DNA of 64,000 nucleotides from Squalus acanthias (lineage: Eukaryota): positions 161,822,001 through 161,886,000 of the forward strand of contig CM059425.1 of assembly GCA_030390025.1 (NCBI GenBank), read 5' to 3'. Below are positions 1-13,554 of this stretch, piece by piece (the first letter of the stretch is position 1; each line of letters starts with the position of its first letter). Both the position numbers and the translations under genes were made by a program. The notes under the pieces were generated by a model. It was not told where the DNA came from and searched no databases. It saw nothing but the letters and a program-made list of their open reading frames with translations.

Positions 1-1050
1 TTACTCTTGTTACATGCGCCTCTAATTTCCTGATTTATACTCTGCCCTACATTACAACTACTGTTTGGGGGCCTATAAACAACTCCTACCAATGTTTTCT
101 GCCCCTTGCTGTTTCTTAGCTCCACCCAAACCGATTCTACTTTTTGATTTTCCAAGCTAAGATCCTTTTTCTCTACTGTCTTTATCCCATCCTTTATTAT
201 CAGGGCTACCCCTCCTCCTTTTCCATTTTGCCTATCTCTTCTAAAAGTTAAGCATCCTGGAATATTTAGTTCCCAACCTTGGTCACTTTGCAACCACGTC
301 TCTGTAATGGCTATTAGATCAAACCTATTAATTTCTATCTGCGCTATTAATTCATCTATTTTGTTGCGAATGCTTCACGCATTCAGATATAGTGCCTTTA
401 GCTTTGACTTTTTCTATTTTTCCCTGATGTCACCTTAGTCACTGATGCCCTATTACCTTTGTTACTCTCTCTGTCCCTTCCTGACCCACTCTGCTTATTT
501 TTACCCAAAACTTTGCTCTGCTCTAGAGCCTTGACATTTCCATTGCTGCTTTTAAATTTACTCTTTCCTGAATCCTCACCCCCCACCGCCCCTTCATTAG
601 TTTAAAGCCTTTTCTACTGCCCTAGTTATTCGATTCGCCAGGACACTGGTTCCAGCCTGGTTTAAATGGAGCCCGTCCCAATGGAACAGCTCCCTCTTTC
701 CCCAGTACTGGTGTCAGTGGCCCATGAAGTGAAACCCCTACCTCCCACACTACTCTTTCAGTCACGCATTTAAGTTTCTAATCTGCTTATCCCTATGCCA
801 ATTGGCGCGTGGCTCAGGTAACAATCCAGAGATTATTACCTTTGAGGTTCTGCTTTTTAATTTGGACTGCAACTCCTCAAACTCTCTCAGCTGAACCTCA
901 TTCCTAGTTCTACCTATGTCGTTGGTTCCTCCCCTTCCCACTCCAAGTTCTTCTCCAGCCGAGAGGAGATATCTTTAACCCTGGCACTGGGCAGGCAACA
1001 CAGCCTTCAGTACTCCCTGTCGCAGCTGCAGATAACAGTATCTATCCCTA
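1..1050 (-). mobile_element. CR1 LINE fragment: ORF1 esterase C-terminus and start of ORF2 AP endonuclease; continues beyond the window start
   Basis: Minus strand reads ...TLVGVVYRPPN... (APE domain) near 60-110 and a degenerate SGNH-type ORF1 ending ...ALN* near 600, similar to the copy at 31519-32469. Confidence 0.85.
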
Positions 1051-1337
1051 TAGCTTAAAAAAGGATCTTTGATAAGTTCCATGACCAAACATACAAAAGG
1101 TCTGCAGGAACTTTTGTATTACAACAATCAAACTGCTCCCATAATACTATCACAATTTAAAAGCTACTACTGAAGCAACAACATTTGTTTTACTCTGTTA
1201 TTAAATCTTTCACCTATAGTTGTTCAATGGCAAATATATCTATAAATGCAAATGAATATCAGTTTTCCTATTAATATATTTTTCAAAATGAGAATATATG
1301 ACATAGCCTGTTGAACAAACAGAAAATGCATAAATGT

Positions 1338-1819
1338 ACAAAAGCAAAATACTGTGGATGCTGGAAATCTGAAATAAAAACAGGAAAAGTTGGAAATACT
1401 CAGCAGGTCAGGCAGCAAATGTGGAGAGTTAACTTTTCAAGTCGATGACCTTTCATCAGAACTGGAAAATGTTAAAGATGTCACAGGTTTTAAGAAAGTA
1501 CAGAGGCAGGGAAAGGGGGATGGGAGGAAAGAACAAAAGGGAAGGTTTGTGATAGGATGGAAGGCAGGTGAGGTTAACTGACAAAAAGGATGATGGTGCA
1601 AGGCAAAAGGGGAATGGTAATGGGACATGTAAAGAAACAAAAGATGGGTCTAGAGGAGGTGTAAATGGGAATATCAGAATCATCAACAGCTGCCGTCCGA
1701 AAAAATGGGAGTGGAGATTATGATCTGAAATTATTGAACTCAATGTTGAGTCCAGAAGGATGTAAAGTGCCTTATCAAAAGATGAGGTGCTGTTCCTTGA
1801 GCTTGTGTTGAGCTTCATG
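1338..1819 (-). mobile_element. Penelope-like element family A, 5'-truncated (ORF C-terminus plus pLTR)
   Basis: Minus strand encodes EAQHKLKEQHLIF..GTLHPSGLNIEFNNFRS*, typical of the end of a PLE GIY-YIG ORF. TSD taaatgt at 1331-1337 and 1820-1826. Contains a hammerhead motif. Confidence 0.85.
1427..1463 (-). ncRNA. Minimal type I hammerhead ribozyme, degenerate copy
   Basis: agtt-CTGATGA-a-aggtc atc gactt-GAA-aagt-t-aact; the stem III palindrome is mutated relative to other copies. Confidence 0.7.
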
Positions 1820-2530
1820 TAAATGTTTCATCTTATAACCTTTATTACATAACTTTCTCTAAATGAAGGAATGTGAAATATTCAGTAGTTGAACTGGAGT
1901 TATAATTCTCCTGAAATCTATCAACAATATTGGAATTCTTTAGTCATGATATTCATGTGTTAAGTTCTTTGTTTCTGAATAAAATGAAAGTTGCATAAAA
2001 CTAACATAAGAAATACTGTGACTCGTACTTGAAGGGTCTATATCTATTCTTACTACATAAAAGCAGAAGAAAGTGAAAATATGGGCAATTTTCCTAAAAA
2101 CTAAAATGTGTCCTGCAAGTTATGCTGCGATAAAATTGGCATGGTTATGTAGATTCAGTATAGCCATTAGCTCACTTCACATTTTATGAAAATTTTATGC
2201 TTCAAAAATCTTAGCTATATCTAGCTAATCTAGTTAACTGTATTGCATTTTTCTTTCTGGCTGAAAACGACAAGGATACTGAATCAGCGCCTAAGTTAAA
2301 GTAATTGACTTGGTAGTATTTGTTAATTATAGAGTTTTCATCTGGCTCCATGTTTTGCAAACATGCACAAGTGGATGTAACACAACCCAACATCAAAATG
2401 CTCTCTCTCATATCATTATACCAGCGATCAAATCTGGTTCATTAACTCTTTATCTATTGATACCATTGCAGATTGTGAAATATTTTTCATCACATTTTTC
2501 TTCTATAAAGTTCTGTTTTTTAAGAACACA

Positions 2531-2693
2531 GTGGGGCAAAATGGGCGGTATCGGATTGGCCACCCGTTATACGCAGCGCCTGTTATTCAGTTTCATTGAC
2601 TGCAACAGAGCTGAATATCAGGCGTTGCGTATAACGGGCGACCAATCCGATACCGCCCGATTTGTGCCACCGCCCGAGACAAATTTCTAGGGC
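2531..2693. mobile_element. Palindromic MITE, Harbinger-like
   Basis: Long hairpin gggcggtatcggattgg...ccaatccgataccgccc with central cattgactgcaa; related to the copies at 25129, 49424 and 58020. Confidence 0.7.
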
Positions 2694-2726
2694 AATGTTT
2701 CAGATCAAAACCGGCATAACTGCAAC

Positions 2727-5310
2727 TTTTTTTTTATTCGCTTATGGGATCTGGGCGTCGCTGGCAAGGCCAACATTTATTGCCCATCCCTAGTTGCCCT
2801 TGAGAAGGTGGTGGTGAGCCGCCTTCTTGAACCGCTGCAGTCCGTGTGGTGAAGGTACTCCCACAGTGCTGTTAGGTAGCGAGTTCCAGGATTTTGACCC
2901 AGCGATGATGAAGGATCGGTGATATACTTCTAAGTCAGGATGGTGTGTGACTTGGAGGTGGTGATGTTCCTATGCGCCTGCTGCCCTTGTCCTTCTAGGT
3001 GGAAGAGGTCACGGGTTTGGGAGGTGCTGCCGAAGAAGCCTTGATGAGTTGCTGCAGTGCACCTTGTAGATGGTGAACACTGCAACCACAGTACGCCGGT
3101 GGTGGAGGGAGTGAATGATTAAGGTGGTGGATGGGGTGCCAATCAAGCGGGCTGGTTTGTCCCGGATGGTGTCGAGCTTCTTGAGTTTTTTTGGAGCTGC
3201 ACTCATCCAGGCAAGTGGAGAGTATTCCATCACACTCCTTACTTGTGCCTTGTAGATGGTGGAAAGGCTTTGGGGAGTCAGGAGGTGAGACACTCACCGC
3301 AGAATACCTAGCCTCTGACCTGCTCTTGTTGCCACAGTATTTATGTGGCTGGTCCAGTTAAGTTTCTGGTCAATGGTGTCGCCCAGGATGTTGAGGGATC
3401 CGGTGATGGTAATGTCGTTGAATGTCAAGGGGCGGTGTTGGAGATAGTCATTGCCTGGCACTTCTGTGGCTCGAATGTTACCTGCCACTTATCACCCCAA
3501 GCCTGAACGTCATCCAGGTCTTGTTGCATGCGGGCATGGACTGCTTCATTATCTGAGGAGTTGTGAATGGCGCAGAACACTGTGCAGTCATCAGCGAACA
3601 TCCCCATTTCTGACCTTATGTTGGAGGGAAGGTCATTGATGAAGCAGCTGAAGATGGTTGGGCCTAGGACACTGCCCTGAGGAACTCCTGCAGCGATTTC
3701 CTGGGGCTGTGATGATTGACCTTCAACCACCTTCCTTTGTGCTAGGTATGACTCCAGCCAGTGGAGCGTTCCCCCCCCCCCCCCCCCCCCCCGATTCCCA
3801 TTGACTTCAGTTTTACTAGGGCTCCTTGATGCCACACTCGGTCAAATGCTGCCTTGATGTCAAGGGCAGTCACTCTCACCTCACCTCTGGAATTCAGCTC
3901 CTTTGTCCATGTTTGGACCAAGGTTGTAATGAGGTCGGGAGCCGAGTGGTCTTGGTGGAACCCAAACTGGGCATCAGTGAGCAGGTGCCGCTTGATAGCG
4001 CTGTCGATGACGCCTTCCATCACTTTGCTGATGATTGAGAGTAGACTGATGGGCGCTAATTGGCCAGATTGGATTTGTCCTGCTTTTTGTGGACAGGACA
4101 TACCTGGACAGTTTTCCGCATTGTCGGATAGATGCCAGTGTTGTAGCTGTACTGGAACAGCTTGGCTAGAGGCCAGGCCAGTTCTGGAGCACAAGTCTTC
4201 AGCACGATAGCCGGGATGTTGTCGGGCCCTTAGCCTTTGCTGTCTCCAGTGTGCTCAGCCGTTTCTTGCTATCACTTGGAGTGAATCGGCTGAAGACTGG
4301 CTTCTGTGATGGTGGGGACCTCAGAAGTAGGCCGATATGGATCGCCCACTCGGTACTTCTGGCTGCAAACGCTTTAGCCTTGTCTTTTGCACTCACGTGC
4401 TGGGCTCCACCATCATTGAGGATGGGGATATTCATGAAGCCTCCTCCTCCCGTTAGTTGTTTAATGGTCCACCACCATTCACGACTGGATGTGGCAGGAC
4501 TGCAGAGCTTTGATCTGATCCGTTGATTGTGGGATCACTTAGCCCTGTCTATAGCATGCTGCTTCCGCTTTTATGTAGTCCTGTGTTGCAGCTTCCCCAG
4601 GTTGGCACCTCATTTTTAGATATGCCTGGTGCTGCTCCTGTACACTCCTTATTGAGCCAGGGTTGGTGGTAATGGTAGAGTGAGGGATATGCCAGGCCAT
4701 GAGGTTACAGATTGTTGTGGAATACAATTCTGCTGCTGCCCCGTTTTGAAGTGCTGGATCTGTTCTGAATCTATCCCATTTAGCATGATGGTAGTGCCAC
4801 ACAACACGATGGAGGGTGTTCTCAGTGTGAAGACGGGACTTCGTCGCCGCAATGACTGTGCGGTGGTCACTGCTACTAATACTGTCATGGAGAGATGCAT
4901 CTGCAACAGGTAGATTGGTGAGGACGAGCTCAAGTAGGTTTTTCCCCTCGTGTTGGTTGTCTCACCACCTGTCGCAGGCCCAGACTGGCAGTTACGTCCT
5001 TCAGGACTCAGCCAGTAGTGGTGCTACCGAGCCACTCTTGGTGATGGACATTGAAGTCCCCCACCCAGAGTACAGTCTGTACCCTTGCTACTCTCAGTGC
5101 TTTTTCCAAGTGGTGTTCAACATGAAGGAGCACTGATTCATCAGCTGAGGGAGGGCAGTAGGTTGGTTCCTTGCCATGCTTGACCTGAAGCCATGAGACT
5201 TCATGGGGTCCAGAGTCAATGTTGAGAACTCCCAAGGCCACTCCTTCCTGACTGTATACCACCACCCCTGGTGGGTCTGTCCTGCCAATGGGATAGGACA
5301 TACCCGGTAT
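2727..5310 (-). mobile_element. CR1-group LINE family B (exact clade uncertain), degenerate endonuclease, RT and 3' tail
   Basis: Frameshifted ORFs with VGDFNVHH (APE), LDIKAAFDRVWH, GVPQGSVLGP, FADD and YKAQVRSVMEY; A-rich 3' tail near 2727. Confidence 0.9.
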
Positions 5311-5330
5311 AGATAGACTGATAGATTAAT

Positions 5331-5417
5331 AACAACAACTTGCATTTATATCGCGCCTTTAACGTAGTAAAACATCCTAAGGCACGTCACAGGAGTGTTA
5401 ACAAACAAAATTTCACA
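5331..5417 (-). mobile_element. L2-type LINE/SINE 3' tail
   Basis: Reverse strand ends ...ttaaaggcgcgatataaatgcaagttgttgtt, matching the tail at 11941. Confidence 0.7.
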
Positions 5418-6979
5418 AAAATAGACCATATTATCTCTAATACATTCAGAAGAAGAATTTTTGATAGTAAAGGAATACTTGCTACAGTCATCAAAGAGTT
5501 AAAATGATATCCAGTTTAATTCGCAATATAAACTGATTGCACTTTGTGATTTCTGTTTTCTGTTTTAGTTTGAAAGGTTATTTGGTGACAAAAACTCATT
5601 ATAACGTACCAGGGATATGTACTAACAATGTGCAACTCAGTGTTGAAAATAAATATTTAAGTTGTCAGTATAAGCTGCCTCCGTTTTCATTTTGCGTTTA
5701 TTTCAATGCCAGATTCACAGCATAAATTTTTCATCACCTGCAATGTTATGAATAAAAGATTAAAAAAGAACTGGGGAAAAAATGTGACACATGTGGTGCA
5801 TGCTGCAAGTTGAACACGCAGTGTGTATAACTAGATGTTTAATTTTCATCATTTTCTTTAACGTCAGTAGCGTTATTATCTGACTTAATACACCATGAAA
5901 CTAAATTATAGCACTCCAGTCCTAGAACGTCTGCTTGTAAAAGAAAAGTGGTAATTTTTAACCCTCTCAGCACCATTTTTGTTCTTAGTGTCAAATTTTG
6001 TGCCAATTTTGAGTAGCCTTGTTCTGTTCACTGTAACTATCACAGTCTATTTTAGTCAATATAAACACAACTTATAAAATGATGAAACTTCTTCAGATAC
6101 AGTACATTAAATGCTGTACTTTTTTCCAAATAAGTGTGTTGACGAATGGCACATGAAAAGAACAGCAAGTCACCAAACAGAATTGCTCTTTTATATTAGT
6201 CAGCCTGACTGACAGCAGTTTTTTCATTAAGTACAGTAGTGTAAACATTTTATAAATACATTTGTATTCATAACTATGTATTTATTCATATTTATGTATA
6301 TTATGAGTTTACTTCTGATAAAAAGTTATGTTATGAATAACAGGTTAAACTGTTTATATTTTTAATGCTTTTTTACAGTCCTCCTCACATTAACTTACCT
6401 CTACAAATCTTCCAGCAACTTGGAGGCAATAGAAAATGTCTGTGCTATCAAATGCTGATGCCATTTAGAGAAGCACATAAAGGACATGAGTACGCATTGG
6501 TGCTTTGAACTCTAATCCCACTTCCCTGTCCTTTCCCCATATCCTTCATTTTCATTCAAGTGTTTACCTAATCTCCTTTTAAAGGTTGTGATTGAGTTAG
6601 TGCCAATAGCCACTTGTGTTTTTTTTAATCTGTTCTTGGGATGTGGGCGACACTGGCAAGGCAATATTTATTATCCCTAGTTATCCTGAATGCATTAAGA
6701 GCCAAAAACATAGGGCTGGATTTTGACGTGCAGGCGCTCTGGGAGCGGGGGTATCCGGTAGCGCGTGGGAAACCCGGAAATATGGTAAGCGCGTCTGTCA
6801 GTGGCTTTTTAACTCAGCCACCTCATTATAATTTTCCTTCCGGGTTTCCCGTCCAATCAACGGCAGTGGCCATGATGTGGACCCGCATGGCGTGATCTCA
6901 ACTGCAGTATTTAAAGGACAATCCAAAGATGCAAGTTGAAGGAGCTGAAGTTGTCTGTCAGAGAACTGGAAGTGTTGCA

Positions 6980-7664
6980 ATGGAGTCGAGACGAGCAAAG
7001 GCTGTGCCCCGCTTCACGGAGGCCTCCTTGGATGTGCTGCTGGGGGCTGAGAGGAGCCGGAGGGAGATACTCTGCCCTAGCAACGGGAGGAAGAAGCCGT
7101 GGTTGAAGGTTGCTGAGGAAATCAGCAGCAGGAGCGTGGTGCCCCACTCCTGGATTCAATGCAGAAAGCGGTTTAATGACCTAAGCAGGTCAGGAAAGGT
7201 GAATACAGTGCCACATTCACCTACATCCTGCTGTGCGCATCACCCCACCCCCACATTCTGCCATTTCAAGCCTACTCCATCACATCACCCCTCACACCCA
7301 CTTACCTTGTAGGTGCACCCATCCTTCTCTTTGTATCAACTTCCTCACATCTCCATCTATCCAGTCACCACGCCCACTCACCCTCATCCTATGCAATGTC
7401 ATGCCTCTCCCTCATAGTCACCCTCACCAAATGATGAATACCTGCCATTGCACTCACTCATATATCTCATCTTTCTCTCATAGCTCATCTTTCCCTCCTT
7501 GCAGGAGAAGAGAGCACAGAACACCAGGGAAAGGGAGAGAACTGGAGGGGGCCCTCTACAGATCACACAGCTGACAACTGCAGAGGAGGAGGCACTGGAG
7601 ATCAGTGGAGTTTTGGCGTCCCTGGCTGTCGGAAATGGGGAGATGGGGATCTCCCAGCTACCTG
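6980..7664 (+). pseudogene. Harbinger Myb/SANT-like protein, exon 1 (6980-7198) and exon 2 (7505-7664), 3'-truncated
   Basis: MESRRAKAVPRFTEASLDVLL...W..VAEEISSRSVVPHSWIQCRKRFNDL; GT donor at 7199; ttgcAG acceptor then EKRAQNTRERERTGGGP. Confidence 0.8.
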
Positions 7665-7989
7665 GTGATACAATTTAATAAAAGCCACCCACATGTCATA
7701 CCATCATGATAACTTGCAACATTCTTACCTTGCAATGACTAATTTATGGCCTAGAAATTCAATAAGGCCTGAAAACAGGCGGTGGCACCGCGGGGCGAGA
7801 TTTGTTCTCGCCCATTTAGAAAGCGCAGGCAGCACGTTATTTTGGTGCTACCTGCTGATTTGAATGATCTTAGTGCACAGCCCAGCGATGAACGTGCTGC
7901 TTCAGGCTGTGCGCTCAGCAGCAGGCCCAATGTTGTGTCGCTGTCATGGAGCAAGGCTTCATTCTCTTAAAGCAAGGCTGTCATTTTTG

Positions 7990-8160
7990 AAAGCAGTCTC
8001 AAGCCCTTAAAGGTGAACTGCCTTCTGAAAAAAAATTAAAAATCATTCAAAAATAGGCAGACTCTAGCCCTTAAAACTTAACTACCTTCTGAAAAAAAAA
8101 CATTAAAAATCATTCCAAGCTAGGCAGTCTTCAGCTCTTAAAGCTAAACTGCCTTCTGCA
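7990..8160. repeat. About 3 imperfect tandem copies of a ~70 bp unit inside the Harbinger
   Basis: Recurring gcagtct..gcccttaaa..aactgccttctgaaaaaaaa..aatcattc. Confidence 0.6.
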
Positions 8161-8214
8161 TGTTAAATATGGTAAAAGTGCTTCAGCACCAACACAAATA
8201 GCTCAACAGGCCAG

Positions 8215-8600
8215 GAAAAGGGCACCCAGAGGCAAAAAAGTTGAGGCCGGTGGTGACTTTGAGAGCCACTGGTAACGCGTGGTTACCAGGCACCAAGCAG
8301 CAAGTTTTCTTCTAGAAGGTTACAGATGTCTGACACCACCTGACATGATATTCTGAGCCTCCTGACACATTGGTGTTCAGACATATCAAGGAACCTCAGC
8401 CTCTGCCTGTAGACCCTGTTTTGTGGGTATTGCCTCCTGCGAACTGTACCTTTCTGCTGGTCGCCTCTCTACTGCTGCCCTCTCTGCTGCTCCCCTCTAT
8501 GTGGCTGCCCTCTCTCCTGTGGAGCTACAGGTTTGTGAGCAGCAGGCTGCTGTGGGTGCTGTTGCTGGTCATCTTGGTCCTCATCTGAGGTCCAATCTAA
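8215..8600 (-). pseudogene. Harbinger (HARBI1-like) transposase N-terminal remnant
   Basis: RRRQYPQNRVYRQRLRFLDMSEHQCVRRLR...KVTTGLNFFASG, homologous to the ORF at 38766-39542. Confidence 0.8.
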
Positions 8601-9213
8601 GGCAGCATAAACTGCATCTATCCTGATATGATAGAGCAAACCTCCAAGGTGCAGAAAGTAACCTCCGAAGTGTAGCAAGTAACGTCTCAGCAAAAATACT
8701 CGCACGCAGCCTAAAGCATTTGAGTTAAATGTGGAAGTCGCCGGGTTAGAGACGGCTTCTCGACACTGACATTTTTCCCGGTTTTAACCACCTACCCACA
8801 CCCAAACCCATGCGCTCTTCCAGGTTAAAAGTCAGCCCATAGTATGGGGATTAGAGTCTCATGTAGGGGTAGGAGACTCCCTTCACTGAAGGACATTAGT
8901 GAACCATTTGGGTTTTTACAACAATCCAGAAGCTGTTCCCTTTTTACCAATTCACCAATTAGTGGAAATGATCGTTCTCTATTTATCCAATCAAAACCTT
9001 TCTTAATTTTAGTACTTCCATTAGAACCCTTCTTCATTTTCTGTGCACTATGGAACACAACCTTGGTTTTTCAAACCTTTCAATATTACTATATCCTCTC
9101 ATCCCTCATGTCATCCTGGTGAGTTTACTGCGCATTTTTTCATGGCTCCAAAATTCTTTTACTAAAAGGATGCCCAAAACTGCACACAGTAGAACCATGT
9201 GCACTTTTATAGT

Positions 9214-9977
9214 GGGCCAGAAATTCGGCTGTTGTCGGGTGAGTACGCGCTGTGTACTTACCCGTAAGGCCACCTGAAGTGCTGGTTTCCTGCATGCACT
9301 GCGCATGCGCGGGAAACCGGAACTTCCGTTCCCCTGAAGGAAGGGGTTCAGAAGTCGAACGCGTGCGCGGGAGAGGCTGCGCGCACGCAGCGAACTTCAG
9401 GTTTTTTTTCAGGTTTCTCCGGGAAGGTAAGTATGAAGAACTGCACTTTTAAAAAGGAGGTGCAAGGCCTGTTTTTAACAAGGTAAGTGGTTAATTAATT
9501 ACAATTTAAACATTTTTTCAACAGGTTTATCTTTTTTAGATACTTTAAAGAAAGGTAAGTTTATTTTTAGCACCGTTAAAAAGTATAATTAATTTTTTCA
9601 AAAATTTAAATTTTTGTTTAAAGTAGTTAATTTATGTAACTTATAGTTATTTTAAAAATGTGATGTTTTTAAAAAAATGTATTTGAAGTTTAAGTGTGGT
9701 TTTGGGGCCGATCTCTATTCATAGATTTGACAGCTCTTCCTGTCAAATCTATGAATGAAAATGCCCTGCTAGGATTGGCTCTCCATGGCCCACGTGATCC
9801 CAGGGGACGCTTCGAACTAACTGCGCCCCTGGGATACACAAGCACTGCGCGCCGGCAGCTGGAGGAGGCCCAGGACCCGAAGTCCTCGTGGGCCCAAAGC
9901 ACAACTGCAGGCGCGGTAGGCAAGTACGCGCACGATGCTTGCACCCGCAGGAAGCCGGAAAGCCGAATTTCTGGCCC
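9214..9977. mobile_element. Harbinger-type MITE
   Basis: Perfect 17-bp TIR gggccagaaattcggct / agccgaatttctggccc, TSD agt, AT-rich centre. Confidence 0.9.
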
Positions 9978-10024
9978 AGTGTGTTTCACATCAAAAAAAG
10001 TTTCCAAGAAATTTGACTGGGGCA

Positions 10025-10410
10025 TCAGGGAGTTGAACAGGAAGAGGGAGTGAATATACTCACAAAAAGGTACGATTTGAGGAGGGTATTGAAAATACGT
10101 AGAGAGGTAACAAGGTGACAGGGTTTAAGAAGAGAATTCCAGAGTGTAGAGGATAGTGGCTGAAAACTTTACCATAAAACATGAAGTAGACAGCACCAGT
10201 CAGAAGAGTTGAGAATAAAGGATGGAACAAAGGATTGGACAAGTTTACAAAGGTGGTGAGGAGCAAGGTTACATATGGATTTAAAGATGAAGATTTTAAA
10301 GTCGCTGTGCTGGGTAATGGGGAGCTGAAGGACATCAGCAATGACAGCGGTGATAGGAATGCAGGATTTAGCATGAGATGTAGAGCTCTGGATACTGTAA
10401 CAGTGGCTTC
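10025..10410 (-). mobile_element. Old degenerate L2 fragment
   Basis: Weak colinear similarity to 12060-12400. Confidence 0.5.
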
Positions 10411-10544
10411 AGCAATGTCTCGTACAGATTTGCCATCTTTCCTTGCTTTCGTACTCAACAACTCATAATATAAAACCCAAGATCAGATTTGTACTTTTTA
10501 TGGTTTCTTTCCACTAACAATCCTGAGTTTAAAGATCTGTGTAT

Positions 10545-10660
10545 CTACACTAATACAGCTCTCTGATCCTCCACTCCTTTGAGAATGTTACCACTTAGGG
10601 TATTTTTCCTATAATGTACGACTTCACATTTATTGGCATTGAACTGCATTTGCCACATGT
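10545..10660 (-). mobile_element. Old CR1 RT fragment
   Basis: WQMQFNANKCEVVHY. Confidence 0.65.
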
Positions 10661-10741
10661 GCAAGGCAAGAATGGAATTCTGCAAAATGAAGTACCTCTG
10701 CAGGCAGTCAACTGGCTGGATGACACAGTATATTACACATT

Positions 10742-11461
10742 GGGCTGTATTTTCTGATCGGAGGCTTCCCACGTGTGGATGCCTCCGATCTGGAAAAAAT
10801 CTACGGACTTACCTGAGGGCTCCCGAGGTCCGGACACTTCCGCTCCTGGGCCTCTCCAACTCGAAATGTGCAGGGCCCATGTATCCCAGAGGCGCATGTG
10901 GTTCGCAAGCGTCCCTGGGATCACGTGGGCCATGGGGAGCCAATCAAAGAAGGGAATCTTCCTTCATACACTTGACAGATAGACCTGCCAAATATATGAA
11001 TGGAGATCACCCCAGAAACACTTTAAAACATTAAATAATTTTTTTTTTTTAAAATCACATTTTTAAAATTAGTTGAAATTACAATAAATTAAATATTTTA
11101 AACAAAAATTTAATTTTTTGAAAAAAATAATTGAAGGTTTTTACGGGGCTAAAAATAAACTTACCTTTTTTTAAAGTATTTTTAAATGATAAATGAGTGA
11201 ATATTTTTTTATAACTTTTTTTCAAATCTTATGCGTATGATTTCTAAGGGTTTGCTGCGGGCGGAGGTTCTGCAGAAAGCGGAACTCTCCACCCGCAGAG
11301 GCCCTTCTCCAGGGCAGGCATCCGATCTGTCAAGAGCATTCTTGACAGATCGGAAATGTCGGTTTTCAGCGCATGCGCTTGGCATGCCTGAAACCAGCAT
11401 TTCCGATGTCCCTATGGGCGCACAGCGCTTACACATCCGTAGGCATCGGAATATACGGCCC
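10742..11461. mobile_element. Harbinger-type MITE related to 9214-9977, opposite orientation
   Basis: TIR gggctgtatttt / aatatacggccc; shares internal gcgtccctgggatcacgtgggccatgg in reverse complement with the 9214 element. Confidence 0.8.
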
Positions 11462-11940
11462 AATGACATACAAGCTCAAGCTGTTGTTGGATTTCAACCC
11501 AAAACCATAGCATTGTAAAGTAAAATCTTAACTGCTGTGGTACTGGTGGTGAAATAAGCATTTTAACTGACATGGTGCATGATTACTTATGATATTTTAA
11601 AATGTAACTCACAAAACAAAGCATGAATCAATAAACAAAAGATCATAGCATGATTCTCATATCGCTACTGCTCAATTTGCACTCAAAAACAGGACAGTAG
11701 TGGAGAGACAATTACCACTGATTTAAAGTCCACTCAGATTCTTCTGCGTACTTGAATCTTGGTGCCCAGAACTCCCGTTGGAAATAGGCGGGAGCCTCAT
11801 ACATACATGCAAATAAATAGGGGTCATTCAGACCCCAAGTCCATACTTGCTTCTGCTTACCTGACTACCACCTGTCACTGATCCAGCCCACCAACCAGGG
11901 GAAGTACAAATCAGGAGCTGACCAATTCCAGTGATACTTT

Positions 11941-12995
11941 AACAACAACAACTTGGATTTATATAGTGCCTTTAAGGTAGTAAAACGTCCCAAGGCGCTT
12001 CACAGGAGCATTATCAAACAAATGTTGACACCGAGCCACATAAGGAGATATTAGGACAAAAGAGGTAGTTTTTAAGGAGCGTCTTAAAGAAGGAGAGAGA
12101 GGTAGAGAGACGGAGGGCTTAGGGAGGGAATTCCAGAGCTGAAGGCACGACCCACAATGAATAAAATCGGGGAAACGCAAGAGGCCAGAATTGGAGGAGT
12201 GAAGAGATCTCGGAGGCTTGTAGGGCTGGAGGAGGTTGCAATGATAGGGAGGGGCGAGGCCATTGAGGGATTTGAAAACAAGGATGAGAATTTTAAAATT
12301 GAGGCGTTGCTGGACCGGGAGCCAATGTAGGTCAGCGAGTACAGGGGTGATGGATGAACGAGACTTGGTGCGAGTTAGGTTACGGGCAGCAGAGTTTTGG
12401 ATGACCTCAAGTTTACAGACAGTGGAAGATGGGAGGGCGGCCAGGAGTGCATTGGAACAGTCAAGTCTAGAGGTAACAAAGGCATGGATGAGGGTTTCAG
12501 CAGTGGATGAGCTGAGGCAGGGGCAGAGTCAGGTGATGTTCCAGAGGTGGAAATAGGTGGTCTTAATGTTGGCGAGGATATGTGGTCGGAAGTTCATCTC
12601 GGGTCAAATATGACACAAAGGTTGCGAACAGTGTGGTTCAGCCTCAGGGAGAGGGATGGAGTCAGTGGCTAGGGAACGGAGTTTGTGGCGGGGAGCGGAG
12701 ACAATGGCTTGGGTCTTCCCAAAATTTAGTTGGAGGAAACTTTTGCTCATCCACTACTGGATGTCGGACAAGTAGTGTGACAAATCAAAGACAGTGGAGG
12801 GGTCGAGAGAGGTGGTGGTGAGGTAGGATTGGGAGTTGTCAGCGTACATGTGGAACCTGATGTTGCGTTTTCAGATGATGTCGCCGAGGGGCAGCATGTA
12901 GATGAGAAATGCGGTGGGGGGGGGGGCCAAGGATAGATCCTTGGGTTCTCCAGAGGTAACGATGCGGGAGCGTGAAGCGAAGCCACTGCAAGGGA
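11941..12995 (-). mobile_element. L2 LINE 3' portion
   Basis: RT C-terminal motifs on the minus strand (FHMYADN-like) and (ttg)n tail. Confidence 0.85.
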
Positions 12996-13554
12996 TCCTC
13001 AACTGCTGTCAGGTAAAGTTGGATGGAGGTTTTAGTTACTTGTGGGTTTTCCAGTTTAACCGATTTGAAAGCTTAAACAGTTGCTGCTTTAGGTTCTGCA
13101 CTAAGGTTGCCTGCTGTTCCACTGCGTTGCTTCTTTCTGTTCCTAATGAAAAATATACCGCCATATTAAGCTGCTCCTGCAGCCTCTTGACAAGCAGCCG
13201 CACCACCCAATTTACTGCCTCTTAATTGGTGGGCTACCTATTGGGAAAGTGCTTTACGCTAGTAGCTTGCTGACTGCATGATAATGAGGGCCAACCATGT
13301 AAATTGCACTGGTCCCTCATTGACTCCTCCGGGCCACGCCTTTGCCACACACAGACGAAAATCACACTCCCATGTTTACCAGTTGGTTTATGGGACAAAA
13401 GGCCAATTTTACAAAATCGTACTCCTGGTGCAGTCTTGCATCGGGAGCACATAGTGAGAATTTAGGTGCATAGTTGGAATTCTATCCAATATATGTACTC
13501 CAGTGGGTGAGGCGCCAAGTCAAGAGTATGATTTTGTACATTTGGTCCTCAAAT

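Larger units (their letters stand above)
6713..8838 (+). mobile_element. PIF/Harbinger internal-deletion derivative
   Basis: TIRs gggctggattttgac / gttaaaagtcagccc, 3-bp TSD ata, Myb/SANT exons on + and transposase N-terminus on -. Confidence 0.9.
6618..8930 (-). mobile_element. SINE fragment (same family as 62716-63000) split by the Harbinger insertion; pieces 6618-6712 and 8839-8930
   Basis: The joined flanks align with the uninterrupted copy at about 62716-62880. Confidence 0.65.

Noticed and set aside
3771..3792. C22 run giving poly-Gly in ORFs
   Set aside because: Homopolymer expansion inside a dead LINE
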